This document shows, in pieces, positions 1 to 8,559 of a stretch of DNA of 64,000 nucleotides. Every line of letters starts with the position of its first letter. Position 1 is the stretch's first letter. The stretch is from a virus. Its lineage: Duplodnaviria; Heunggongvirae; Uroviricota; Caudoviricetes. Location of the stretch: IMG/VR virus record IMGVR_UViG_3300035661_000046, positions 1 through 64,000 of that record. One strand, written 5' to 3'. The notes under the pieces are model-generated. The model did no database searches. It saw nothing but the letters and a program-made list of their open reading frames with translations, and had not been told where the DNA came from. The position numbers were made by a program, and so were the translations under genes.

Positions 1-300
1 AAGCTTTACTGAGTCTTCTAGTCAAGGTCAGACTGCTTCAAGTATTGCTAGTGCTTCTCTAAGCTTTACTGAGTCTTCTAGTCAAGGTCAGACTGCTTCA
101 AGTATTACTAGTGCTTCTCGAAGCTTTGCTGAGTCTTCTAGTCAAGGTCAGACTGCTTCAGGTACGGCTAATGCTTCTAGAAGCTTTGCTGAGTCTTCTA
201 ATCAATGTCAGACTACTTCAGGTACGGCTAATGCTTCTAGAAGCTTTACTGAGTCTTCTGGTCAAGGTCAGACTACAGCTGCAATAATAAGTTTAGGCAT
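1..300. repeat. 60-bp tandem direct repeat, 5 near-identical copies (continues upstream of the window), lying inside the coding sequence
   Basis: Copies at 1-60, 61-120, 121-180, 181-240 and 241-300 all start aagctttRctgagtcttct and differ by only a few SNPs. The period is 60 bp, i.e. 20 codons. Confidence 0.9.
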
Positions 301-1036
301 AAACTCCACAGCTGTTTCTAGTCAGGGTCAAATATCGGCCTCTACTTTATCTACTTTGTCTACAGTTAATTCTACTGAGTCTTCTAGTCAAGGTCAGACT
401 ACTACTGCAGCAACAAGTATTACGGTAAATACCTCAGTTAACTCCAGTCAAGGTCAGACTGCTTCAAGTACCGCCAATAGACTAATATCAGGGATAGAAG
501 CTTCTAGTCAAGGTCAGACTTCTTTAAGTAGCAGCGGACTTACTAGAGCTTCATCTGCTGCTTCTAGTCAAGCCCAGACTACCCTAAGTACAGATACTAT
601 AGCAGTTTCTAGTTCATTGGTCTCTACTCAAAGTCAAAGTTCACTTGCCTCCTTAAGTAGGACAGTATCTGTCTTTGAATCCTCTAGTCAAACTCAGTTT
701 AATACAAGCAATATAACTTTATCGGTATATTCTACTTGCACTACTGTTCAAACTCAGACCTCTGACATAGTAAATCAGTTATTAGTTAACGGCGTAATAT
801 CTAGCTCTCAAGCCCAAGAACTAAGCGCCCTAATAGCTCAGGGTATTAGAGGACTAGTTCTTGTTAATGGGTATGTGGTACCGGTTCCTGTAGGAGAAGA
901 TGGTCGGTATCTAGCATTATCTGTAGGAGTAGATGGAAGGCTTCATGCAGGAGTAATAGGTGCGAAGCACTTAATATTAGACCAAACAACTAGTAAAATT
1001 AGACAAGCTGCTACAGATGAAATCGTTATAGTATAA
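2..1036 (+). CDS. Ser/Thr-rich 20-aa-repeat protein (putative tail fiber/adhesin-like structural protein), 5' partial
   Basis: The frame is open from the window edge in the same frame as the tracked ORF 356..1036. The motif ESSSQGQT(A/T) recurs about 13 times with ~20-aa period, with no stop across 2..355. The C-terminal 100 aa are non-repetitive. Confidence 0.6.
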   Translation, partial: SFTESSSQGQTASSIASASLSFTESSSQGQTASSITSASRSFAESSSQGQTASGTANASRSFAESSNQCQTTSGTANASRSFTESSGQGQTTAAIISLGINSTAVSSQGQISASTLSTLSTVNSTESSSQGQTTTAATSITVNTSVNSSQGQTASSTANRLISGIEASSQGQTSLSSSGLTRASSAASSQAQTTLSTDTIAVSSSLVSTQSQSSLASLSRTVSVFESSSQTQFNTSNITLSVYSTCTTVQTQTSDIVNQLLVNGVISSSQAQELSALIAQGIRGLVLVNGYVVPVPVGEDGRYLALSVGVDGRLHAGVIGAKHLILDQTTSKIRQAATDEIVIV

Positions 1037-1130
1037 GGGTTACAAGCCTAGTTTGATAATCTTAGGTTAAACTAAGAAGATCTATGTGTAGGAATGCATA
1101 GATCTTACTAATCTAACAATAAGTGTAATA

Positions 1131-1781
1131 ATGGAAAATTTATCAGAAATAATTACCTCCATAGGTATTGAAACAGGTATGCTGCTAGGAGCGGTAGTAG
1201 GCGGTATTGTAATACATGGAATTAGTACTTTAAAAACAGCGTATAACAATAGAAAAGACGCAAAAAGAGAATCTATTCCAAGTATGGTAGAAACCGATGT
1301 AGAAATATATAAACTTCTATCTGAAATACTCCTGAAGTCAAAAGCCTCTCGCGCTTCAATATTTCAATTTCATAATGGTACTCACTACGTTAACTCCGCC
1401 TCACAAATGAAGATAAGTTGTACTCATGAGGTAGTAGCTGATGGTATTTCTAAAGAAGCAAAGAATATGCAGAACATGTTGATAAGTCAATATGCCAAGA
1501 TAGTCAATGATGTAATATCAAAGCCTTACACCGTTATAGAGGTGGGCTCTAGTGACTCTGAAGACTTTATTCAGATACTTAGATCACAGGGAGTAGAGTC
1601 CGCTGTATACGCCCCTTTCTGTAGAGGCACAGATATAGAAGGCTTTATAAGTCTTTCGTATTTAGATCCGCTAGTCTCAAACTTCCCCGGAGAGTCAAAG
1701 AGTAGTATTGATGGTGTACTTAGTAACATGCTTAGTGAGTGCTCATTAAAAATAGGGTACTTGCTTCGTAAACAACACTGA
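1131..1781 (+). CDS. hypothetical protein with an N-terminal transmembrane segment
   Basis: 216-aa ORF with a hydrophobic stretch GMLLGAVVGGIVIHGI near the N-terminus. No recognisable catalytic motif. Confidence 0.45.
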   Translation: MENLSEIITSIGIETGMLLGAVVGGIVIHGISTLKTAYNNRKDAKRESIPSMVETDVEIYKLLSEILLKSKASRASIFQFHNGTHYVNSASQMKISCTHEVVADGISKEAKNMQNMLISQYAKIVNDVISKPYTVIEVGSSDSEDFIQILRSQGVESAVYAPFCRGTDIEGFISLSYLDPLVSNFPGESKSSIDGVLSNMLSECSLKIGYLLRKQH

Positions 1782-1838
1782 TGTATACTTAATAAATGCG
1801 TAAACTTTTAGTTTTCATTTTATTTTCTATAGCCCTAC

Positions 1839-2282
1839 TTGTTACTGGGTATAGAGTCTCTGATAGCTCAGGTATTCCGCATAACCTTTTTAGAATACAA
1901 CAGGAGAATGGCAATGTTTGGTAGCCAAATAACAACATACGCAATAGGGATACTACTAGCCCTTGTAGTGGCTGAGGGGGCAGTGATTACTTATGAACAT
2001 CATAAAGTTACTACTTTAACCTCTCAAGTAGCGGTATACGCTGCAGCAGAGAAAACTTACCTTAAAGAGATTTCAGACTCTAATGCCTCTATTCTTGCTT
2101 ACCAAGATGAATCTAAAAAAAGGCAGGCTGATTCTACTGCCGCTCAAGAGGTTATTAAACCTCAAGTAGTTAAGTACGAGAAGAAAGCGATTGAAATTCT
2201 CAGTGCTAAGCCATCCACCTCAAATATTTGTACTTCTACAGAGCAACTATTTAACGATTACTTAGCTGGGAGAAGCCAATGA
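1839..2282 (+). CDS. putative i-spanin (Rz-like)
   Basis: N-terminal TM segment (YAIGILLALVVAEGAVI) followed by a charged, probably coiled periplasmic region. Its stop overlaps the start of a lipoprotein gene (ATGA overlap at 2279-2282). Confidence 0.5.
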   Translation: MLLGIESLIAQVFRITFLEYNRRMAMFGSQITTYAIGILLALVVAEGAVITYEHHKVTTLTSQVAVYAAAEKTYLKEISDSNASILAYQDESKKRQADSTAAQEVIKPQVVKYEKKAIEILSAKPSTSNICTSTEQLFNDYLAGRSQ

Positions 2283-2533
2283 AAATACTATTACTAGCCA
2301 TTCTTTTAACCTTGTCAGGCTGTGCTACAGTTCCTTCTCCTCCAGCAGAAGTAAAGGTGTTAGTACCAGTTCCTTGTGAGATTAAACCAATAGATAAACC
2401 TGCAATGCCTATGGATTCCATTCAGGTTTCTGACGACTTGTTTACTAAAGTTAAAGCGGCTCTTTCTGAGATTGAAACTAGAAAAGGATATGAGCTTAAA
2501 CTAGAGACTGCGGTGAAATCATGTCAGCCTTAA
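2279..2533 (+). CDS. putative o-spanin (Rz1-like outer-membrane lipoprotein)
   Basis: 84 aa with signal peptide MKILLLAILLTLSGC carrying a lipobox (L-S-G-C) and a proline-rich mature part (PSPPAEVKVLVPVPCE). Classic spanin pair architecture with the previous ORF. Confidence 0.55.
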   Translation: MKILLLAILLTLSGCATVPSPPAEVKVLVPVPCEIKPIDKPAMPMDSIQVSDDLFTKVKAALSEIETRKGYELKLETAVKSCQP

Positions 2534-2823
2534 TAGCCAGAGCTAATATAGACATAGGTGTGGGTGTATGTCCCTGCCATACCTCACCTGTATCGTATAC
2601 AACTATGTTTATAACTGGAGCTAGTACCGTTACTCTAGATGGGCAACCTATGGCAATAGTAGGTAGTATAGGTATTTCCAGCTGCGGACACGCAACTACT
2701 GCTCTGACAGGTAGTCCTATAAGCACAGCTAATGGGCAACCTATTCACAGAGTAGGGGATACTGGAAGTAACTGCGGAGCCTATACCGTTCTAACTGGTT
2801 CCTCTAATTCGGGTTCAAACTAA
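2521..2823 (+). CDS. hypothetical protein (Gly/Ser/Thr-rich)
   Basis: 100-aa ORF immediately downstream; coding call only. Confidence 0.35.
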   Translation: MSALIARANIDIGVGVCPCHTSPVSYTTMFITGASTVTLDGQPMAIVGSIGISSCGHATTALTGSPISTANGQPIHRVGDTGSNCGAYTVLTGSSNSGSN

Positions 2824-3492
2824 ATGGCAGTTAACGCAGCTTCAGTAATAAGCACAACGCTAAACACGTTTAGACCAGACATTTATACAGCTATAACTAC
2901 GATGGAAAACTTGTGCTATACAAGTCCGGATACAACCTCTGGTATATCTGCTGCCGATGCCGTGACGTTCTTTAAATCTGAGTTTACTCTACTTAATAAT
3001 GCATTAGTAGCATGGATGACTTCTAACCGACAGTCTAGTCTGAGTGACTTTATTCCTACTATATATTCATACTTAGTGATGATACAAGTGCAAGGTGTCT
3101 CAAATGCATCAGAAGCCTCTGTAGATGCTAGAAACGTATTTACCTGTAATGGGTACCTTCCATACATTCTAACGAAACCAGTGAGCTATTATAACCATAT
3201 AACCCTAGTTCAGACTCCTGCTCCTAACACCCCTACTTCAACTATATTTAACACAGACATAACTACAATAAACGGGGGGTTGACTGCGGAGACTAATACT
3301 ATATCTAGCGTATCTACTAATTGCAGAGGTATAGTTTCTGGACAGATTAATAAGTCTTTATTCCAAGACGTTCCTGTAACAGGTACTACTAGTAAATCTT
3401 TAATGGCTACTACTGTATTCACCACACATCACTATAAAGAAATATACGTCGGACTTAATGTAGGAAGCTTAACTCTACCTCCAGGAGTCTAA
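2824..3492 (+). CDS. hypothetical Thr/Ser-rich protein (possibly structural)
   Basis: 222-aa ORF that starts at the stop of the previous ORF. Last + strand gene before the strand switch. Confidence 0.45.
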   Translation: MAVNAASVISTTLNTFRPDIYTAITTMENLCYTSPDTTSGISAADAVTFFKSEFTLLNNALVAWMTSNRQSSLSDFIPTIYSYLVMIQVQGVSNASEASVDARNVFTCNGYLPYILTKPVSYYNHITLVQTPAPNTPTSTIFNTDITTINGGLTAETNTISSVSTNCRGIVSGQINKSLFQDVPVTGTTSKSLMATTVFTTHHYKEIYVGLNVGSLTLPPGV

Positions 3493-3532
3493 AAAAGAGG
3501 GGTAGTATACTCCACCCTTCTTTTCTTTATTA
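3493..3532. terminator. putative bidirectional terminator at the convergent gene junction
   Basis: Imperfect hairpin aagaggggtagtatactccacccttctt flanked by an A-run upstream and a T-run downstream. It lies where the + block meets the minus block. Confidence 0.3.
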
Positions 3533-3742
3533 CTTCCTCTTAACGTCTGAGTCTGTAACCTTTACTTCTCGGTCTCGGCATTCAACTTCGAATACTTTGA
3601 TTTCATTCAGAATCTTTTTCCTTCTTATAAGTCCTCTGCGGTATAGGCCAGTACCTGTGTTCTTTTCAAATACCTGATTAACCAAGGCTACTTTCTCCTC
3701 CTCGGTACCGTGCTCGATAACCTGTTTTCTCGTAGTAATCAT
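3530..3742 (-). CDS. hypothetical protein
   Basis: 70-aa ORF; first gene of the minus block. Confidence 0.4.
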   Translation of the reverse strand: MITTRKQVIEHGTEEEKVALVNQVFEKNTGTGLYRRGLIRRKKILNEIKVFEVECRDREVKVTDSDVKRK

Positions 3743-3743
3743 T

Positions 3744-4049
3744 TTATCCTCCTTTTTTTATAGCTTTAGATAAATCAGCTAATTCAAGTAAAGAACCTAT
3801 TACTGTCTCAATAGAGCTAGGAGAAGTTTTAGGTTCTTTATTCTCTATAATAGACAGTACAGCACTGATGGTAGTTTCAGCTCCAGTCAAACTTAACTCC
3901 CCTGCTAGTAAAGGGTGAGTTAAGTTTACCTTATATAGGCCTTCCGAAATCAGCTCTGGCTCAGACACAGTAAGAGATGCTAGTACTACTACTTTCTTTT
4001 CGTTCATAATATTTCCTTTATATGGTTGAGGGGAGATGATTCTCCCCAT
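3744..4049 (-). CDS. hypothetical protein
   Basis: 101-aa ORF, tightly packed with its neighbours. Confidence 0.4.
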   Translation of the reverse strand: MGRIISPQPYKGNIMNEKKVVVLASLTVSEPELISEGLYKVNLTHPLLAGELSLTGAETTISAVLSIIENKEPKTSPSSIETVIGSLLELADLSKAIKKGG

Positions 4050-4073
4050 ATGTATCTTATACCCTAGAATGGC

Positions 4074-4796
4074 CTAGTTATTCAGGTCTAGAGTAAAAGA
4101 TTCATTGAAAGCAGTACCCTCGTTGTACTTACGCTTTCCTTTAGGATTAGATAATACTCTGGTTGAACCAACGTAGTAATCTACGGGAGTGTGTGTATGA
4201 CCGTGCATCCAAAGTAAAGGTTTATACTTTCTCATAAGCCATTCTAAATCAGTGTGGTAAAAGATGTTACCAGGTTCATCTTTAAACTTATCATCTACTC
4301 CTTTAAAGGAGGGAGAGAAATGAGACATAATAACATTTACGGAATCTGGTCCTAAGGCAGTTAACGCGTTCTCCAAAAACTCAACAGCTAATCTATGCTC
4401 TTCAATCCACTCATCTATAGTTACTCCTCCAGCACAAAGAGTCTCCATGTTGCTACGAGGGGAATTTTCTATAGTAGAGATATCAGACCATAACGTTGTG
4501 CCGATGTAGTTTATTCCTCGTATAGTTACGAACTCATTATGTAGTAGGTGTAAGTTAGTGTCTTTGAATCTATCCTTGTACTCAGCTACTCTACTCTCTA
4601 CGGATCCTTCTTTATGCATGAACTCATGATTACCCATAATACCTAAAGTTTGTATAGGTAAATACTTATACGCATCCCAGTGGTGTGGGTAGTCAGAGAC
4701 ATCCCCTAGTAGTAATAGTAGGTCACCTACGGGCTCTAAACTACCATCCTTATTCACATCCTCATGTAAATCTGAGGCTAGTTGTACTATAGACAT
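4074..4796 (-). CDS. calcineurin-like metallophosphoesterase
   Basis: Motifs D-L-H-E-D near the N-terminus, GDVSD, GNHEF and GHTHTP match the metallophosphatase signature (GDxHG...GDxxD...GNHE...GH). Confidence 0.6.
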   Translation of the reverse strand: MSIVQLASDLHEDVNKDGSLEPVGDLLLLLGDVSDYPHHWDAYKYLPIQTLGIMGNHEFMHKEGSVESRVAEYKDRFKDTNLHLLHNEFVTIRGINYIGTTLWSDISTIENSPRSNMETLCAGGVTIDEWIEEHRLAVEFLENALTALGPDSVNVIMSHFSPSFKGVDDKFKDEPGNIFYHTDLEWLMRKYKPLLWMHGHTHTPVDYYVGSTRVLSNPKGKRKYNEGTAFNESFTLDLNN

Positions 4797-4799
4797 GCA

Positions 4800-5099
4800 T
4801 TACTCCCGAGTTTTATTTTCACACTCTCCCAGCAACCCGAAGAATGAGGCGCCATCAACATAGTCATCTTCATGAAAACTACCGCCTTGACTGCGTACCA
4901 TTTTTAAAAATATCATGAATGACCAACCATCAGCCTCTGATATGTTATTGCCCGTGTATGTGTTAAACAGGGCTACTGTCTTAGCCATGCTACGCTCTCC
5001 CTCAGGCTTGTCACGTAATTGAGCACGCTGCTCCATAGCCTCGATACCTTTACGTAAAATTCCTGGTGCTGAAGTTTGGTCTACTAATCTATTCGTCAT
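4800..5099 (-). CDS. hypothetical protein
   Basis: 99-aa ORF. Confidence 0.4.
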   Translation of the reverse strand: MTNRLVDQTSAPGILRKGIEAMEQRAQLRDKPEGERSMAKTVALFNTYTGNNISEADGWSFMIFLKMVRSQGGSFHEDDYVDGASFFGLLGECENKTRE

Positions 5100-5126
5100 T
5101 GTTATATCAATCCTTATAAAATTTTA

Positions 5127-5813
5127 TTATACTACAACTTGAGCTTCTCGATATTTCTTTTCTAACCATACTTGGCCTTTGCCTGTAACTCTAGTCTGGA
5201 AAGTAGGATGAGATTTACCTATATTATCAACGAAGGGTTTATGTTCTACTTCAACGAAAATCCCACGATCCTTGAATACTTGGTAAGGTCTGTTATTTCT
5301 CATAAGAATTCTATCAGTACGAAGCTGTTTGAAAAACGTGTTTCTTCCAACGCCTATAACAGCAGCAAACTCCCCTATCTCACATGAGCCATCTAGATTG
5401 CGGACTGCTATTGCAAATTCGACTTTAGGTTTATCAGCTTCAATCTGAGCCAAAGCTAGTTGCTTAGCCTCTACTTCGTCGGCCCAGGCACGCGCTGCCA
5501 ATACAGGATTACTAAAATCAGGCAAGGACTTGTTTACCATATTTTCTAATTCACGCCAGCGATCAATAATAGCAAGACGATACTTAGCAGAGTATCCTGC
5601 AATAATTAAATCACACTCTCGTCGTGGTAAGTTGAAGCAGGGTAGCATACGGCCAGAGCTGTCTTTGTACTGAGCCGAAAATACGGCGCAGTCAATATTG
5701 CACTCTGCTAGTATTTTTCGTATCTTTTCTAGAACATGACGATGCTCTGTTCCTGTCAGCTCTGCGATTTCCAAACTTGACATTGTTTTCTGTGTAGCCA
5801 ATGCTTGTGTCAT
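5127..5813 (-). CDS. Rha-family phage regulatory protein with KilA-C-like C-terminal domain (antirepressor-like)
   Basis: N-terminus MSSLEIAELTGTEHRHVLEKIRKIL is characteristic of the phage Rha regulatory family. The C-terminal half resembles KilAC/antirepressor domains. Confidence 0.5.
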   Translation of the reverse strand: MTQALATQKTMSSLEIAELTGTEHRHVLEKIRKILAECNIDCAVFSAQYKDSSGRMLPCFNLPRRECDLIIAGYSAKYRLAIIDRWRELENMVNKSLPDFSNPVLAARAWADEVEAKQLALAQIEADKPKVEFAIAVRNLDGSCEIGEFAAVIGVGRNTFFKQLRTDRILMRNNRPYQVFKDRGIFVEVEHKPFVDNIGKSHPTFQTRVTGKGQVWLEKKYREAQVVV

Positions 5814-5828
5814 TTTAAACTCCTAAAA

Positions 5829-6257
5829 TTAAAGATCAGAATCATCTAGTAAGTAATCCCCTGCAGCCATAATGTATGCATCTAGTAAAAAGACGTGTAT
5901 AACTCCGGAGGCTATAAAGATGCTAGTAAACATACCGCCTGCGTACCAAGAAGCTGCGCCTGCGATTAAAGTTAACCAAGTAGCAAACATAGAATCCCGT
6001 CTCATACTTTCCAAATTACTTTTAGCAAATTCTGTGAGAGGTGTTGTGCTTAAAACACGAGCACTACCCATATATAAGAGTGGGGCTGCTAACAAGATAA
6101 ATGTATTGCATACTTCCAGAAAAAGGTTGATACTTGGATAAAACACTGATATCATACCAGCGATAATACCTAAAACATAAAACATAAATGTGGACATACT
6201 AATACCTATTTCTGAAGTTAAAAAATTACCAAGATACAACTCTAAAGTTGAGATCAA
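5829..6257 (-). CDS. hypothetical multi-pass membrane protein
   Basis: 142 aa with 3-4 hydrophobic helices. Confidence 0.45.
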   Translation of the reverse strand: MISTLELYLGNFLTSEIGISMSTFMFYVLGIIAGMISVFYPSINLFLEVCNTFILLAAPLLYMGSARVLSTTPLTEFAKSNLESMRRDSMFATWLTLIAGAASWYAGGMFTSIFIASGVIHVFLLDAYIMAAGDYLLDDSDL

Positions 6258-6735
6258 GTGTAAGGTTTGTGGGTGTATATTCCACTCTACTAAAGCTCAA
6301 GTGCTAGCAGTATATAGAGGTGGAAGAAAAAAGAAAACATTAGAATCTTGTTCTCGTAAATGCTCGGCAGTTATCAAAGGCTCTAAGACTAGAAGTCTAC
6401 CAGAGATAATACTATATGGTATAATCTCGACTAAGTTCCCGGAGTTAGAAATAATACAGAATGATAGGACAGTACTAGATAATGGTCTAGAGATAGACCT
6501 ATACATACCTGCGTACACCTTAGCCATAGAAGTAAATGGGCCTACTCATTACGATAACATCTATGGAGAACTTCGCCTACTACGTACTGAACTTAACGAC
6601 ATGCGAAAGAAAGACAAGGCAGAGGAGTTAGGAATTACAATGAAAATTATAAACATTTCCTCTATACCAGAGAAAGAGCTTAGAACTTTCATTGCAACCT
6701 TTTTTGAGTTAGAGATTATACCAATCCTCGTCTGA
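6190..6735 (+). CDS. putative Zn-ribbon + DUF559/Vsr-like endonuclease-domain protein (possible free-standing endonuclease)
   Basis: CKVCGC...C...C zinc-ribbon at the N-terminus. The C-terminal LEIDLYIPAYTLAIEVNGPTHY fits the D...E-V-D/N-G..H pattern of DUF559/Vsr-like PD-(D/E)xK nucleases. It is a + strand gene inside the minus block and overlaps the 3' end of 5829..6257 in antisense. Confidence 0.3.
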   Translation: MDILIPISEVKKLPRYNSKVEIKCKVCGCIFHSTKAQVLAVYRGGRKKKTLESCSRKCSAVIKGSKTRSLPEIILYGIISTKFPELEIIQNDRTVLDNGLEIDLYIPAYTLAIEVNGPTHYDNIYGELRLLRTELNDMRKKDKAEELGITMKIINISSIPEKELRTFIATFFELEIIPILV

Positions 6736-6976
6736 CATTCCGACTGACGTGAAACTCAACCTCATCCAGATGAAACTTGATGGCCTGCCTCTTAGAACTA
6801 GTACAACGCTTCTGGCATACAACGAACTCGCCCTCACTAATTGTCGGAATACTAACGTCTAATACATATTCTACCAACAACCCTATTCGTTCTATGCGAG
6901 TTCTGATTACAGTATTGTTTGGTAAAGTTGATTGAGTAAGGATGTCATTCATTCTCACTATCCTCAACCCAATCAT
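6716..6976 (-). CDS. hypothetical protein
   Basis: 86-aa ORF; weak coding call. Confidence 0.25.
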   Translation of the reverse strand: MIGLRIVRMNDILTQSTLPNNTVIRTRIERIGLLVEYVLDVSIPTISEGEFVVCQKRCTSSKRQAIKFHLDEVEFHVSRNVRRGLV

Positions 6977-7079
6977 TTATACTTAAAACTGCTAAATCCT
7001 GTTTAGTACTGGCTAGTTCTTCTGTGGTTGGCTGGTACTTGGTAATTTCTTGTGACATAGTAATTCCTTTATTAGAGTT

Positions 7080-7115
7080 AAAAAATAAACCAATCCTGTA
7101 ATAAGGATTGGTTTA
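7080..7115 (-). terminator. rho-independent terminator (minus strand)
   Basis: 11-bp-stem hairpin aaaccaatcct/aggattggttt followed, in the minus sense, by a T-run. It sits just downstream of the stop of 7122..7400. Confidence 0.6.
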
Positions 7116-7121
7116 TGTCTA

Positions 7122-7400
7122 TTATAGGTACTGATCTAGTTCCTGTAGGGCATCCTCTTCTTCATACAAATCAATGTTACAAAGTAACTGATCCATTAAC
7201 TTATACCTATCAGAGATAACCCCTTCTGCTATCTCATAGATCGCAGTCATCCCTTGTATGAAGCTCGGGTCTTCCCCTAGGACATAGTGCTGTCCTGTTG
7301 AGGTTATAACTCCTACTTCAGAAGTCTCTTTTACTATTAGCATGTTTTTCAGCATATGTTGTACTTCTCTGTTTACCTCAACCGAGTAATTCATCATCAT
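7122..7400 (-). CDS. hypothetical protein
   Basis: 92-aa acidic ORF. Confidence 0.45.
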   Translation of the reverse strand: MMMNYSVEVNREVQHMLKNMLIVKETSEVGVITSTGQHYVLGEDPSFIQGMTAIYEIAEGVISDRYKLMDQLLCNIDLYEEEDALQELDQYL

Positions 7401-7424
7401 CCTTCTCCAATTCTACAATTAAGA

Positions 7425-7661
7425 CTAGTCTAAGTATGCGAACATTGGTAGGTCATCATGACCTGGACTAGCGAAACGCAGTCCCTCCAAAGCCGCGATA
7501 AACACGGAGTGGGGGCAGGCCAGCAGCCCGGACCTATGCTTGATGTCAAATTCAATTCCCGTATAAAATACGGGGGTTTCTATGGCATCAACGGCCCTTA
7601 TAATCTGCTGCTGAACGTCAAAAACTCTGTACCTAGTTTTCATAAAACTCTCCTTATTCAT
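7425..7661 (-). CDS. hypothetical protein
   Basis: 78-aa ORF. Confidence 0.4.
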   Translation of the reverse strand: MNKESFMKTRYRVFDVQQQIIRAVDAIETPVFYTGIEFDIKHRSGLLACPHSVFIAALEGLRFASPGHDDLPMFAYLD

Positions 7662-7962
7662 AGCGTTTCATCCAGAGTATGTGGCTGGCGAATCTCTGAG
7701 CTGAGCACGTCCACGGCGTGTGGCGTGTAAACTTCCACTCCTTCCACTCCACGGAGAGCGTCCACGGAACGAGGCGTGTAAACTTCCACGCCACGTTGTA
7801 AAGTCGTAGACTCCCATTTTTAGGGAAACTCATCTCCCTGCACCTCATAAAAGCCATAGCCCCACGGGCGTGTGCCAATAATAAGGTTTTCTCTCCTTTA
7901 CTTCTTATTTTGCGGCGTGTTGATGCCGCCTTCAGTAGTTTCGCTTGTTTCATGATAACCAT
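7654..7962 (-). CDS. hypothetical basic protein containing an internal direct repeat
   Basis: 102 aa, Lys/Arg/Trp-rich. The DNA carries a ~50-bp direct repeat (cgtccacgg...cgtgtaaacttccac twice, 7695-7795) encoding WKFTRxxPWT twice. Confidence 0.35.
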   Translation of the reverse strand: MVIMKQAKLLKAASTRRKIRSKGEKTLLLAHARGAMAFMRCREMSFPKNGSLRLYNVAWKFTRLVPWTLSVEWKEWKFTRHTPWTCSAQRFASHILWMKRYE

Positions 7963-8020
7963 CCATTAAACACAATGCTAATTATTGACGCAAGGCTTAC
8001 GCCCCGCATTAGACTAACTA

Positions 8021-8374
8021 CTAACTATTCATGTAGTCAATCCACTCTTGGTCTTTATATACTGCTACGTAGTCTACCTCTGTGCTGAACAGCTCACCCT
8101 CTTGCACGTATTGTGACATGTCTCCAGTCGCGCTTACTGCCCGCGCTAGGCAATCACTACCTACCAGCCTATGGAATGTGACTTTCATCTTACCAGCATA
8201 CCCATCGTTCTGGATACGGGTAAATAGCCCAGTTTCGACTACATCCGACATTTCAGCTTTGTCAGCCAGTAAGAACGCTAGCGACAATTCGCCTAGCTCC
8301 ATAGCACTTTCAATCATCTCTACAGTTCGTAGTCCCTGTGCTTTCAGGGCTTTGATTTCTTCGTACTTTAACAT
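8021..8374 (-). CDS. hypothetical protein
   Basis: 117-aa ORF with the extended -10 motif about 50 nt upstream. Confidence 0.5.
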   Translation of the reverse strand: MLKYEEIKALKAQGLRTVEMIESAMELGELSLAFLLADKAEMSDVVETGLFTRIQNDGYAGKMKVTFHRLVGSDCLARAVSATGDMSQYVQEGELFSTEVDYVAVYKDQEWIDYMNS

Positions 8375-8421
8375 TTCGCAACTCCTTTACTAAAGATATA
8401 AACCATTATGTTTCCATATAA

Positions 8422-8432
8422 TTCTTATACCA
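8422..8432 (-). promoter_or_regulatory. extended -10 promoter motif (minus-sense TGGTATAAGAA)
   Basis: + strand ttcttatacca lies about 50 nt upstream of the 8021..8374 start. It is one of at least 12 copies of this motif upstream of minus-strand genes. Confidence 0.5.
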
Positions 8433-8559
8433 AGACTGGATATCCTTATTGAAGCTAAAAAAGGAAGTACACTACGAGAAGCTAAAAAAAGCTAGAGGTA
8501 GTTTATTACCCCTAGCCCCAGCTATAACAGCTGTCTTGAAACCTTAAAACATAAACTTA

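Noticed and set aside
1-300. CRISPR array?
   Set aside because: The 60-bp repeats are contiguous with no spacers, lie in frame in a protein-coding ORF, and encode a 20-aa protein repeat.
2496-3425. Minus-strand ORFs 2496..2726, 2916..3167 and 3210..3425
   Set aside because: Antisense to the + strand structural/lysis genes that occupy this region.
3530-8400. Prophage or lysogeny module (Rha antirepressor, HTH proteins)
   Set aside because: No integrase, CI-type repressor/Cro pair or att-like direct repeats in the window. Rha-family and XRE proteins also occur in strictly lytic phages.
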